From Guillardia theta CCMP2712 (Eukaryota; Protista; Cryptophyta): a stretch of DNA of 64,000 bases. The position numbers and the translations under genes are program-made. The notes beneath the pieces were generated by a model, which was not told where the DNA came from, made no database searches, and saw only the letters and a list, made by a program, of their open reading frames with translations. Of this stretch, positions 1 through 12,998 are shown piece by piece (position 1 is the first letter of the stretch; each line of letters opens with the position of its first letter). Where the stretch lies: contig NW_005434540.1 in assembly GCF_000315625.1 (NCBI RefSeq), forward strand, positions 62,001-126,000. Direction: 5' to 3'.

Positions 1-172
1 AAGGACCATATAAACACACTGGCACTTGGCCCTCTCTTCTCTCTCTCTCTCTGTATTGTTTCTTTTTTTTATTTGAAATGTCAAATCAAAGGACCAGCAT
101 GAAATTGACTGCGAGGGGAGGAGTAGGAGAGGGCAAGAGGACAAGCTGAGCAGGAGGAGGAGGAGAGGGAGG

Positions 173-2182
173 ATGAGTGAGAAATCAAGGCTGGTAGAGC
201 TGAAACACGAGGAGGAGCTCCTCTTTCAGGACTTCTTCGCCTCTCAGACCCTCCAGGCCGTCGGACATAACAGGCGGCAGACTCATCTCAGTTTCAGTGA
301 GCTCTACGTCGTGGATCCCTTCCCCTCATCGACCTCTCCCTCATCTTTGGCGTTGCACTTCGAGTTGCGTCCAAGACAGGAGGAGGAAAGGGAGTACGAG
401 CACAAACTTTCTTTCAGCGAATCTATCCTTCACCTGAGCCTCCTCCCGACCTCCTCCGACCTCAACTCACCACCCGACGTTGAGAGCGACGAAAGACAAG
501 TCGATGATGTCACCTTAGAGCTGTCGACGGAGAATCCGTCAAAATTTGATGAGGAGGATGATTCCCGGCCGTTCTCAGCCTCCTCCACCATCTCATCCAT
601 CTCATCCGTGGAGTCAAAGGAGGATGTAGAGGAGGCGGTCGAGGGCGAGACGAGCAGAGTCACCATCAGACTTGTCTTCGCAAACAATTGCGAGTTTGTT
701 GACAAGAGCATGTACCTTGACACTCTGGAAGGGTTGGACATAGCGGATGACATGAAACTACGAGATTTGGTACTTTTCCCAACATTGTCGTAATTGACAA
801 GTGAAGTTACTTCTGCAGGCAACAATAGAGCGCAGTGACTTGATCCACCACGAGCTGACGGTTGAGCTGATGTCAAGAGATTCTGCAAAGCTTCTCAACG
901 CCGCAAGGATTCTTTTGTTGCAAGCCAAACACCGCTTGTCGCTCCTCCGTCAGATGCCCAGCATGCTGCACCTGAAAGACGCGCAGCTGCTAGCTGTGCC
1001 AGGGCTCAGGCTCGAGGTTCAGGTCCAGGAGGCTGTCAAGGGTTTCATGTGGCTGGATGGGATGACGACAACCATTCACAACTCGAGCAAGGACGGCGAG
1101 GCTACGGGTGAGCCGGTCAAGTCCGGTAGATCGACTGCCTGAGACGCGTTTGAACGCAGGACGAATCTGCATCCTCGAAGCTGATACCAACCTGATGGTC
1201 TGCTGAGAAAGCTCTCGCCCCTTGCCTGACTTGGATGTTTGCGCAGGTCTGGCGAGACAACGAGATCCTCGAGGAGACCGTCGGGGCTGACGTCACCCAA
1301 GGCCCTCCCTGTCAAGTGCGAACTTACGTCTTCCGGCACAAGTCGTGGCAGCTGCTCGTCACGCGGGGAGCTCTCTTGTACCTCCACGGAGAGCCAGCTG
1401 CCGTGCAGGTCCGCAAGAAAGGTGTCAAAGTCAGACTGTCCCTCCAGGCCTTCTTGCGTCTAGCGCATGCCGACGACAGGAGCTGGTCAGCCGTCGCTCA
1501 GTCGGCAGGCAGCGAAGGCCTTGCGCGCATGTGCCCCTGCTTTGAGTGGGAGGGACTGTGCTGGCGATGCGCGTCCAAGGGATCTGAGAGCCCCTTGGTG
1601 CCTCACCGGCATCATCCCGAGAGGAAGATTCGGGTCCTTCAGTCTCGTCCGGACGGGAAGGAGGTCTGGATGCCGCTGCTGGAGTTCGCCAGGGACGCGA
1701 GGCTCTCACTGCTCAGGTTCTGCAGGTCAGCTGGGGTGAGGACCAGCGTCCCTCTGAGGGCCATGAGAGTGAAGAAGCCCGAGGAGCTGCTGGCGGGCTG
1801 GAGGAGATCGGAGGGAGGAGGCGCAGGGTACGAGAACGAGCTGCATGGCGTGTGGACGGCAAGAAGTCCCCAGGAGAGTTGGTCGACCCTGCACGAGGTA
1901 CTCGAGGAGACGGGCCAGCCCTCTCCTCCTCCTCATCTCAGCCTTGCCGAGGCTCATCCAGCTGCTCGGGCGCCTGGCCTTGTGGAATATTCCAAGGAGT
2001 TTGACCAGCCCGCCACGATGCTCCAGAAAACTTTCCGAGGGCACCGACAACGAGTTCTTGTGCTGGCGACCATTCCAGATGCAGTGAGGATCCGCCGTCT
2101 GCTTCCTCTGTCGAGCTTGATCGTCACACACTCGCGCCTCTCGCGGATTTTCAAGAAGATGATGGGAAGGAGGAGGCGCTAG
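173..2182 (+). CDS. Hypothetical protein, probably one spliced gene (three ORF blocks)
   Basis: ORFs 173-793, 801-1142 and 1235-2182 lie on the same strand, separated by short gaps with AG acceptor-like sites. Acidic N-terminus, basic C-terminus (KKMMGRRRR). No recognisable domain. Confidence 0.45.
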
Positions 2183-3428
2183 GAGCAAGTCTTCTGAATG
2201 ACATATTTTGTGCATACAAGATTTTTGACTTCTGGCTAGTGGAAATGTTGAACTTAGGGATTTACCAGCCCGGGGGACCCGGAAGAAACGCCCGGCCCGG
2301 GCCCGTTTCAACTCGAGACAACAAGTACACTACTTTCTCTATCAGCTCTCAATTCCAATGAGAGTGAGAAGATCAGATACATCTATAGAGCAGCACAAGA
2401 CAGCGGACTCATTTGAGACACGTGACGATTCCTTCATCAGTAGACAAGATGTGAATATGATGCGCAGAATGTTTTGGTTGTTCATGTCACAGAAGGACGC
2501 AGTAGAATCTTGACTAGTGCCTGGCCCTCTTGAACTCCCTTTCAAGGATCGTAGGTGCTGCACCGTAAGAAGATTCCGGTGCTCAGTCACGATTCTCCAC
2601 GTCAGCAGGTGCCTGGGGTGAGGGTTGGTATTCCTGTAGCAGTGTTTCATTCATGCTCCTGAGAAACTGTCCAAAAACGGTTGCTAATCTTGTTTCTTGC
2701 CACCAGCTCGTCTTGATGAGTGTTCCAAATCTTGCCTTGGTCGACATGCGAAGCTCTTCACCCTCGACCCACAGGCCGTGGTCTGTCTCTGTGCATCTCT
2801 GCTATAAATTCAGGATTATAACTGTCATGGATGAGCTCGCTCGTTTCCGTGTAGAACTCAAGGATACTGGAACCAGACCACGGCTGCCCCTCTTCCTTGT
2901 ACAAGAGCATGTTTGGCGTCAACCAAGGCGTATCTTGACCGTGAACATGCTAGAAGTAACGTACATGTTGAGAAGTAACGTACATGTTGAGAATATGCTT
3001 GTTCCAGCAGCGCATTAATTAAACTTCCCTGCTTTCCGTACACCTTTCTCCAACACTTCAACGAAGGTCTGGCTAGCCATCAGTCGTACATACTTCACAT
3101 ACTTCACATACTTCTCCACTTGCCCAGGCTGCAGCATGTTGCTTGTACCTGCCGCCATAACTCGCAGCGCTGCATGATGCTGGTACCTGCTGCAGCCATC
3201 ACAGCTCCATCGCGGGAAACTTTCAAAAATTGAAATTTGAAGCCTAACAGCGAAAAACCTTCACGATGGGCGAATTATATATATTGCTTGTAGGTTGATA
3301 TGTATTGCTCATACATTGATTGGACGCATCATGGCGGCCCAGCGCGGAGCGGGTGGGACTTGGCTAAGAGAGATCCTGAGGAGGCAGCGAAGACATGAAG
3401 GTTCTGACGTCATCAAGACAGTGATGTC

Positions 3429-6400
3429 ATGAAGATCGTGTGCCGCCAAGCATGGAGCTTGCTCTTGCTCGGCTTTATCGCGTCTCTTGTTTGCTCGCCT
3501 TGCCTAGCGCGACGAGATTCCCTTGCAGCCGGTCATGTCAGATCGCCCAGGCTGGCTGAAGGCACTCGTAAGACACCAAAGACACCCAAAACACCGAAGA
3601 AGCTCGCCAACCTCACCGATCCTTCGAGCCCAGCAGCCTCAAGTGCTAACGGTAAGTGGAGGACCGTAGGCTCCCGGGCCTGACTGTCCCCGCAGCTCCC
3701 TCGGAGCTAGTCCCTCACCTCTCGCAAGATCCCTTCACCTCCGTCCTTCCTTCTCTCTCAAACTTCACCCTCCATGCGCTCGAGTCCCTCAAGTTCAAGT
3801 ACATGGCCCCTGTGCAAAAGATGGTCATCCCCCTACTCCTGTCCAGCAAGGATGTGGTGGTGGAGGCACCGACGGGCTCGGGCAAGACAGTTGCCTTCCT
3901 CGTGCCAGGTACGTCAGCACTGAGATATTCTCCGATGAGACGATTCCTCAGCTTTCGAGCTTCTCGCTCGCAGCAGTGATACCCTAGACAAGGTACCTCA
4001 TCCCACTCATATGCTGCTCTGAATCTGATGTGTTGCATGCAGACTGATATAGGTTCTCTGATTATCGCGCCGACCCGAGAGCTTGCCTTGCAGATTGAAT
4101 GTAATTTCTTGTTTGCTCTCTGCGCTCACCTGACGTGATCCTTGACGTCAGCACTGTCTGCCGTCTTCTCCTCCCACTGCTCCTTTCCCAGCCACTCGTT
4201 CGTCGGGGGTTCGAATGAGACGAACAACATGCGGCGCTTCAAGGTCTCTTCTCAGTGTCTTTGACCGCTCTCAACAGCTGGGCAGGAGCTGGGAGGCAAC
4301 GTCTTGATCGCGACCCCTGGGAGATTCATCGAGACGATCAGCAAGAAGAACCTGACGGGAAAGGGGACGAGTGGGATCGACGCGCTGAGATCCCTCCAGC
4401 TTCTCGTCCTCGACGAGGCTGATAGGTAGGAGTACAGGCCTGCTCTAGTCTCCCTCACGTCTCCTCCGACTCCAGACTGCTCCACATGGGCTTCGAACAG
4501 CAGCTCACGAGGATTTTCTCCCTTATCCCCAAACAGCGAAGGTAAGACTGGAGATTCGGCTGACCCTGCTATGTCCACCAGTTTCACCGCCTCTGACAGG
4601 ACGGGCTTGTTTTCTGCTACGATGACGTCATCGTTGACGGAGCTCGTGCGAGTCGGTCAGATTTGAAACCTCTCCTTAACCGTCAGTACTCATAGCTGTC
4701 AGGGATGCGGAATCCTTGCCGAGTCGCAGTCACTGTGAAGGGAAAGGAAGGACAAGCTCTAACGACTCCAGTCGAACTCTCGCACTACTACATGGTGATA
4801 TTGTCTAACAGTCTTGTTCCTTTCTCCTGTCGCCTCCCTAGCTTTTCTCCTATTTCCTCCGCCCTCAATAGACCTCGCCCGAAGAATCTAACTCTCTCTG
4901 TCCTCGTGAATCTTTACCCTTTCATATCGTAGAAACTTCTCTTTTTATTCTTGTTTACCTTTGATTCGTTGCTTTCCTATTCTCTTTCATGTTCAATCCT
5001 CCTCCTCTCCTCCTCTCCTTCCTCCTTCCGTTCTCCTTTTTGTCGGCACGCTCTGCTTACCTCCACTTGACAGGAAGTTGCTCCCCGTCAGAGGTTGAAT
5101 CAGTTGATTCATCTCCTAATCACTCTCAAGGAAAAGAAGGTGAGAGATCTCCACGAGACCTGCTCGATCGCTCAACGTGCGGGGGGAGCAGGCGGGGAAG
5201 ATCATCATTTTCTTTCTGACGTGCTGGGCTGTTGATTACTTCGCTCGGATCCTACCGAAGCTCAAGGTGTCGAGGTTGCTAAGCGAGAGAGGAGGGTGAA
5301 AGTGTCTTGGTAGACTTGTCAAGGGCTCCACTTTGTGGGTTTGCACGGCAAGGTGAATGGCAAGTCTGTCAATCCAGCTCGCTGATTCTTTGCTGGCCAG
5401 CTGGACCAGAAGAAACGGAGCAAAGCAGTAGAAGAGCTGAGAAACTCGAAAGAGGCTGTGCGTACCCATGTCTAGTTCCTTCTCCTCTCTCTCCTCTGAA
5501 TTACTTGTCAAGATTCTCCTCTGCACGGACGTGGCGGCCAGGGGGTTGGACTTCGATGACATTTCGTGGGTCATTCAGGTACAGACGAGACGAGGCTGAC
5601 CGGGGCCTGACTCGTGAGACAAGTTCGACCCTCCGCAAGATCCTGACTTCTTCGTTCATCGCGTGGGGAGAGCGGGGAGGATGGGGAGGTGTTTGGCATT
5701 GACCTGCCTCCTGCTCCTGCTCCTGCTCCTGCCTCCTGCCTCCTGCTATAGTGACGCCCCTTTAGACGTGGAAAATCTGTTATCTTCCTCGCTCCGAGCG
5801 AGATTGACTACATCCAGATGGTCGAGTCGCGGAACATGAAGTTAGAGGTGACTTCGATCTGAACCTGACAAGATGATAGAAAGCCTGCCTGTTTGCTCTT
5901 CGTGATTGCTTCCAACGACCTTGTTAACCTTCTCAGATGTCTTGCTTGTCACTCTTGCCTTTGATGTTTGGTCCTCACATCCTTGTCTTCATCCCTGACT
6001 CTTGTACCTTCATTCTCTTCTGCCTCCCATCTCAAACTTTTCCAGGAGATTCCATGTTCTGCCGATGCTCGAGACGTCTTACAGGAGATCAGAAGTCTTG
6101 TCCGGGAGGTAAGCCAAGGAGAAAAAAGATGTGTCCTGACCCAGGTTCTTTCAGGATAGAGATCTCATGAGGAGAGGGCAGCGCACTTTCGTTTCTATCG
6201 GTAACATCCTCCTCCTCCTCCTCCTCCTCCTCCTCCTCCTCCTCCTCCTCCTCCCATTTTTGAATATCCTTCCCTCGTTCTTCCCTTGAATTCCATCTCT
6301 CCATTCCCTCCTGACTGTCCCTCCCTCTTTCCTTGCTTTCCATCTCTGGCCGTCTTCCTACACTAGTCCGAGCGTACAGGGAGCATCTGTGTGACTTCAT

Positions 6401-7160
6401 CTTCAAGTTGGATCAGTTCGACTATGCGGGTACCGCAGGTGCCTTGCCCAGCGCCTCCTCCTCACCTGCTTCCTGCAGGTCACGGGATGAGTCTCGGGCT
6501 GCTCCAGCTCCCCTACATGCGCGAACTCCTTCAAGCTGGTCGAGGGTGAACAGAGCAGGAAGACGCTGATGCACTAGCAGGAGCCACGGCCAAGCGACGG
6601 ATGCTCTTGCTGCCCGGGTTTGAACCCGAGGAGATCGACTTGGACAGCATCGCGTTCAAGGACGCGAAGCGGGAGAAGGAGCGGCAGGAGCAGCTTAAGG
6701 TGAGGGGAGGGGAGAGGAGAGGAGATGCTCAATTGTAGCAACAAGAACGAAGAGGACGAGAGGGACAAGCAGGCGAAGAAGAGGCGAGCAGCAAGGAATG
6801 CACAGAGCTGGAGCAAGAAGCTCGACAAGGTTGTCAGGCTGGGACGAGGAGGCTGCTGACGAAGAACAGATGGAGAGGAGGCAGAAGAAGAAGGCCAGAA
6901 AGGAGCGAGTCCTCACCGTCCCTCAGGTTCGCCTCCTCCTCCTGCCGTCGAGCACGTGACGGGGGCGGGGCAGGTGCGGGAGGAGGAGCTGAGCGACGAC
7001 GAGATCGAGCAGATGCGCAAGGAGTACGCGCTGCTCAAGAAGATGAAGAAGGTGGGGGCTCCCTTCTCAGCTGTCGGCCTCGTTGACCAGCAGGTTGCAG
7101 GGGAAACTGCCAGTGAACCAGCTGGACCAGGAGCTGGATGAGAGCGCGAACTCCCTGTGA
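3429..7160 (+). CDS. DDX55: DEAD-box RNA helicase DDX55/Spb4 family, multi-exon, with N-terminal signal-peptide-like extension
   Basis: Q-motif APVQ, motif I EAPTGSGKT, VLDEADR, RRTGLFSAT, TDVAARGLD and FVHRVGRSGRMG are present. The C-terminal VRAYREHLCDFIF..LGLLQLP..REL and IAFKDAKREKERQ are typical of Spb4. First intron 3652-3695 joins the hydrophobic N-terminal exon in frame. Confidence 0.9.
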
Positions 7161-7358
7161 GTATGATAGTGGTACAAACTCAATAATGAAAGCTCGGAGG
7201 TAATCAGCGACTTGAGACCTGGGGGTCTGATCATTATCCTGGAGACTGATGGCTTTCTGGGGGTTTGTGTTGAGGGTAGGAAGGGCCAGGAAGGGAGAGG
7301 CCAAGATAGAGCCTCTGTCTCTTTAACAAATCTAACACTCTGACGTCGCCATGCGAAC

Positions 7359-7640
7359 AATTCCCTCACTGTTATGGTGCAAGAAAAATTTTCACATCAG
7401 AATTGTAAGGAATGTCTTGAGAGATTGACAGAAATACACCCTGAAACATTATATTATTTATCTCATGCGGTTTTTCACAATCTCTCAAATAATTCCCTCA
7501 CTGTTGTGATGCGGAAAAATATTTCACACGAGAATGATAAGAGAATTTGTGTGGTACTGTTAGAAACCCTTATAAGAAAATACTTGAGACTGTGAAATTT
7601 GAGCGAAGCGAGAAATGCGAGCAGAGCGATGCGAAATAAA
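7359..7640. repeat. AT-rich patch with direct and inverted repeats (possible transposon-end remnant)
   Basis: AATTCCCTCACTGTT occurs at 7359 and 7491. TTGAGAGATTG (7417-7427) and CAATCTCTCAA (7478-7488) form an inverted pair. Confidence 0.5.
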
Positions 7641-7811
7641 AATGGGCAAGTGTATCCTCAGCAGCCCGACATAAAGTCTCTGTTTAGTTGATCTACCAAC
7701 TTTCACTGCCGCATGCTGGTCTCTTTAAAAAAGATTTTGTCGGAGAAGGAAATTCCTTTCCTTTTCCGCGTTCATGTGAACGTACACGTCCAGGAGCATC
7801 ATCTGGACTTA

Positions 7812-8120
7812 CAGTAAATCCCCTATGGGGCCATTATGGACGATGGGCTTGTAGGATCGAGAGTTCTAGGAGGAGAGCAACTTGCAGCACCTCTGTCATG
7901 CCCCCCTGCAGTGTATTCAATCATGCAGGAGTGTTGGAAGCAGAATAGCAGCGAGCGGCCAAGCTTCAGCAAGTTACAGATCGAACTTCAAAAGCAACAC
8001 GATGAAGCCATTAAAAACAGCAGCCAAGCGGTGAACAATCGCAGCCATCCATGTTTCATCTGTTAGGATCAACAAGCTGAATGAGCGCTGATCCCATCAG
8101 CAGGCATGAGTGTCTCTACG
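7812..8120 (+). pseudogene. Remnant of a tyrosine-kinase-like kinase C-lobe followed by a degraded RING finger
   Basis: PYG...GEQLAAPLSCPPAVYSIMQECWKQNSSERPSFSKL matches kinase subdomains X-XI. It is followed by CFIC*DQQAE*ALIP with stops at 8064 and 8082. No upstream kinase exons are visible. Confidence 0.7.
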
Positions 8121-9617
8121 AAGACTGAAAGGAAGGAGCTTCTAGACCAAGCTCTTCCCACCCGCATTCGGTCCTTCTTGTCCACCCTCAGCGAGCAGGC
8201 CAGCACATGCATCTCTGCGAATTTCAGTACTCAGTGCTATGAACAGGAAGCTGAGAGATCGACGCTCTATGTAAGCTCAGCAGCCAGATTCTCCTTGAGA
8301 ACATTGCGTCCCACTCCCTGCTCCTCTGGCGTCTTCGCCCACTCTCCCAGCGACATGAACTCCAGGCTCCCCGGAGAGTAGAAGGTGTCGTGCAGGTTTC
8401 CTATGGCCTTGTCCAAGACCAGCTTGATCGGGCAAAGAGGTTGCCTCCCGGTGGATGACTGCTGAGAGCTCGCTTACGAGCTACAGCATGTCTTCTTTGC
8501 TTGACGGAGATGCTGCCTCCATTGTGATCCTCTCCAGGTCTGTGAACTCCAGCCACTCTCCCTCGCTCTCCTCCTGCCGCTGAGCGTCGCCAGTGCCACG
8601 CTGACCAGCCGTGTCGAAGCCGACTGCTTCGAGCTTGGTTGCTGCGCCTTCTAGAGAGCCTCGAAGGGCAGCGGACCCGTTCCATGACCTGATATTTCGA
8701 TCCTCCTCCATATCGATCCCTTCGCAAGACTCACTTGGCTTAGGGGACAAGTTCCTCGCAACAACTCCGTCATCACAATACTTCAAGAGAAACTCGGAGT
8801 GCCATGTCCTTCAATATCCTCTTGAGATCGTCCTCTACAAAGGATCGGACGGGTGACCCCAGCAGGGACGATCCTTGCCCTCTGTCCTCGACGCAGCAGA
8901 GAGCAGCTTCTTCAAGTCGGAACCTACCTCGATCTTCGCAACAAACTTGAAACATATGCCGGAGGACAAGTGCAACCATCCAAATGATACTCCTTGGCAT
9001 CAATGACAGGCGTACCCTAGATGATCTCAAACAACGTCGTTCACTCCAGACGCAGGCCCGCAGTGTTACCCCCGCATAGAACCGTAGGATCAAAAGAGTC
9101 ACTGAGACTGCGCACGACTTGTGTGACAGCGGTGTGTGAGTTCGATAACCATGTTCGATAACTCTATCACTGTCACTCGCCGGACGAGATTCGCACAACC
9201 TGACGTGTTATATTTTGCTATCCAGAAGGCAAACGGCCTGAAATAATTCCGATTCCAGATAAAGATCACAGTGATCTCATTCTGAGTCAGATATGCAAAT
9301 AGTGAGGTAGAGATAGGACAGGTGCTAGGACAGCGCTTAGCCTAGTAGGACCGCGCTCTTAGGACTTCCTTAAAACCCCTACATTGAGGGGCAAAAATGT
9401 TCACCTGTCAATTCGGAGAAGCCTACTTCCCGTGTCGACTCCGTGCCACCTGATTACACCACTACCCCTACTTGCACCTACTGCAGTACCCCACCCCATC
9501 ACCTTCACCTTTCAATGTGCCGTGACCACCTGCGTGACCACGCTTTTATTATTAGGTCAATACAAAGAGAATTATTAGTCCTAGAAAGTTAGCACTCAAG
9601 GCTGCGATACACGAGCC

Positions 9618-10430
9618 ATGCACACGAGCCTCTCCTACCCCATGCTCCCCGCTCCCCTCCCTCCCTTCTCCCTCTCCTACCCTCCTACTTCCTCCCCTGC
9701 TCCCAAAAGATCCTTCACCGCCTGTAGCCAGTGCCGGCTGCGCAAGACCCGCTGTGACGATCAAACCCCCTGCTCCCGCTGCGTCCGCTCTGCCCGGGCC
9801 TCGACATGCTCACGCTTGTCAGAGGGCAACGACCAGAGGTCCCAGGGCGATGTGCTGCAGTCAAGCCGTAGGGCGACCAAGGCTTGCCTGGGCTGCCAGA
9901 TCAAGAAGGTGCGCTGCGGCGACGCTCGGCCGTGTGCTCGGTGCTACCGGATGGGGGAGGTTTGCTACAGCGAAGGAGGGCTAGGGCACGGAGCGCTGCC
10001 TCCAGTCCTGCAGCGGAAGCGAGAGCAAGTCGTGCAGGCATGCGAGCGATGCCGGAGGTCGCGGCTCAAGTGCGACTCTGCAAGGCCATGCGGTCGATGC
10101 GCGAGGAGCCTTCAAGTGTGCGTAGACTGGCGGGTCAAGCGGCGACGGCGCGGGACGGAGATAGACGGAAGCCCAGAGGGAAGCCCAGATGGGGACAAGG
10201 AGACAAGCGGGTACAGCTGGGAGGAGCTGCTGGGGAACCCGGAGGAGGGTGAGCTACAGCTATGGCCACGGTTGGCAGACGAGACTGCGTCAGAGGAGAG
10301 CATTGCAGGAGGCGGATGGGAAGAGCTGGAATGGGAAGAGGTTGTAGAAGGATCAGGGGCAGGGGGGAGAGGGGAATGCAACGATCAGCTTTCAGCCGAG
10401 CTCTATGGAGTCAAAGGATTTTTTCTTTGA
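9618..10430 (+). CDS. Triple Zn(II)2Cys6 binuclear-cluster transcription factor (270 aa), copy 1
   Basis: Three C-x2-C-x6-C-x5-C-x2-C-x6-8-C clusters (CSQCRLRKTRC.., CLGCQIKKVRC.., CERCRRSRLKC..), a basic NLS-like KRRRR and an acidic Trp-rich tail. Intronless. Confidence 0.9.
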   Translation: MHTSLSYPMLPAPLPPFSLSYPPTSSPAPKRSFTACSQCRLRKTRCDDQTPCSRCVRSARASTCSRLSEGNDQRSQGDVLQSSRRATKACLGCQIKKVRCGDARPCARCYRMGEVCYSEGGLGHGALPPVLQRKREQVVQACERCRRSRLKCDSARPCGRCARSLQVCVDWRVKRRRRGTEIDGSPEGSPDGDKETSGYSWEELLGNPEEGELQLWPRLADETASEESIAGGGWEELEWEEVVEGSGAGGRGECNDQLSAELYGVKGFFL

Positions 10431-10489
10431 ATCAGCAGAGCAATAGCACGCTATTTGAGGTGGTTGGGATTGAAGATAGTGGGAATGTT

Positions 10490-12406
10490 TTTATTTGCAT
10501 GAAGATGAAAACGACTGCGATTTGTGTTGAACATTACTAAGCATTGTCTGGCAATCTTCATTTTGCGCTTCTTCTTTAGTCTGCTCCTTCACCCGCTGCA
10601 CATTCCGGATCAACAGGACCGAAGTCTGTCCACAAGTATAAGAGCTGCCCCGTAGCAGCAAGGCGAGCAACTCGTGCAGTACTTCCTGCTAGAGCAGGGT
10701 CAGGCGGATCCAACCCGATGGTGAGACGACGACCTTGCAAGTAGTCGGAAAGACTTGCGACGTGATGTAGGACTTTGACTACCAACAACCGTCGCCTATG
10801 TTTAGGTGAATGGCTGCTTCTGAAAGGAAAGTTGAAGGCTTGACCGTCTCGAGCAGAAAAACAAGTTCCACCCCCTGCTCTTGCGTACAACTCATCCGTT
10901 CTGATTTGCAGTTTCAGCTTTCCATCTAGAATGCTGGCTCCACTTGGCTGTTGTGAGGATTGAATAAAGCTTTTGAAGCAAGACGAGAAGCAGCTGACGA
11001 GAGTCTTGAAGGGTCGAGATTCGTGTGAACGTTGTAAGTCGACAATGCTTCACCGGACAGCTGCTGGACATTGATGTCGAAATACTCGTATGAGAAGCTT
11101 CCTTCGCTGTTCGGAGGTAGAATCATTTCATTCTATTGTCCGAGAAGCCAAAGGTCTCCTTCATACTCTGCAGGCTTGCAACTTCGTCCTGTGCGACTTC
11201 CAGCGGCTCTGCTTCAGGAACCTCTTCCTTGCGTTAGCCAACAATCAGCGCCTTCTCAGTGACTACAGCGCTGAGTTGAGGAGCTTTGCATTAGCAATCC
11301 GAGTCGATGCGCAAAATTTGAGATCACGTTGTCGAGGGGATGGAGCTTGTGGATAGCGTCCCTTGCGGTGTAGGAGCCGTTGGGCGTGCAGGAGTGACTG
11401 TGGAGCTGGAAGACGCTCGGCAGGTAGCGTATCCGCATGCTCGCCGCGCAAGTCCCTGAGGGATCGGAGGGAGCAGTCCTTGAGGACGGCCAACCATTCG
11501 ACAGCATCCCTTTCGTTGCGAGCCTTGGTGTCAGGGAGGGCGATCATGTCAGCAGTCTCAACTAGCCCCGCCCACTGCTTCCTCGGGCATCGTACCTGCT
11601 CCTCTATGTACGTGTACATATCCTCTCTGCTGGTGATCAGGGCTGATCCTGGTAAGAATTCAGCTGCGCAGGTTTCAGATCGAAACATGAAGACGATACG
11701 ACGATCGCAAGGAATGCAGAATAGGCGCTTCACCGGCAAGGCCAAATTCCGACTTGGAACGCTGTGATGAATCCCTTTGACTTGACTGAGCTTTAACACT
11801 TCCGACTGTTGCAGCTTGTTCGACAACTCCGAACAGATAGAGAAAATTCATACCAGATTAAGTGCCGTCGTGGCACTGACTGTGAGGATTCAGTCCTGTG
11901 GCTAAGAGATTCAAGTCAAGGACGTGGAGGCTTATATATCCGGCCTCGCTGGTCATGATCTGACGGTTGATCTCTCGACAATGGAGGGCCGATCGGAGAA
12001 AGCTTAGGGCTTGTGTAGGTGGCGAAAGCAAGAATCTTGGTGAAGAGAAAGGTTTGAAGGCAAAAATGTCGGGCTTATGTGTATGTACGACGGGCTTGTA
12101 GGCGAGTACGACGGTCGGCGAATACTGCAGCTTGTCATGTCCCGGTCCACGTACTGATTCATAGAGCATGTTCAATTCTCGAATTGTAGACAAAGCAAGT
12201 TCCATGGTCAGGGCTTTGACAGAGGCATGGAAATGAGGCAGACTTGAATGTGCGCAAGTTCCTTTCAAAGCGATCAAGCAGGGCTGCAGGGGACAAGAGA
12301 CGCAGGAAACAACAAACAGTAGTCGAAGGCTCGAGCCACTGTGGGAGCGAGAGGTTGCGACGAGGACGAAGTTTGCGACTTCCTGTGCATATGTCACATC
12401 AATCAT
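10490..12406 (-). pseudogene. Spliced hypothetical gene, copy 1 (internal deletion; ends approximate)
   Basis: ORF blocks 11858-12415, 11263-11826 and 10926-11126. A ~120-bp deletion at ~10802 relative to copy 2 removes a GTAAG splice donor. Confidence 0.45.
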
Positions 12407-12998
12407 GTCGGTCAATATTACTTCAAAAAGAGTTAGTGTTTTTTTTCAGGGGAAATCGAGCTAAAAATAGCAATTTCCAATAATACTTTTAGATCAAATC
12501 CATCCACTTTGCTCCAATATTACCCCCCTCGAGCAGACTACCCCACCAGGGCCAGGATCCATCACCCCTGCTCTTGAGGGTCTGCCTTTCAATATGCTGT
12601 AACCGTGACAGTATTACGGAGGTCACGTTACCTCGTTGAGTGAAATACTCCAAGAGTTTTTTTTCATCATGTGCTGCTGATATGTGTGCCCTCGACCCTG
12701 TGGGAACCACTATAGCAAATAAGTCACATCAGCGGGCCAACCACCACCAGACCCACAACTGAAGGTGACGTCATCTGGTTCACCTGTCAATGCGGAGAAG
12801 CCTACTTCCCGTGTCGACTCCGTGCCACCTGATTACACCACTACCCCTGCTTGCACCTGCTGCAGTACCCCACCCCTTCACCTTCACCTTTCAATGTGCC
12901 GTGACCACCTGCGTGACCACGCTTTTATTATTAGGTCAATAAAAAGAGAATATTATTAGTCCTAGAAAGTTAGCACTCAAGGCTGCGATACACGAGCC

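Larger units (their letters stand above)
9399..12631. repeat. Direct segmental duplication, copy 1
   Basis: Near-identical to 12778-16153 from GTTCACCTGTCAAT to GGAGGTCACGTTAC. It lacks about 120 bp present in copy 2 at ~14218-14336. Confidence 0.95.

Noticed and set aside
2342-3210. Small minus-strand gene between the first ORF cluster and DDX55
   Set aside because: Only short ORFs and small local tandem duplications are present, and I could not build a consistent gene model.
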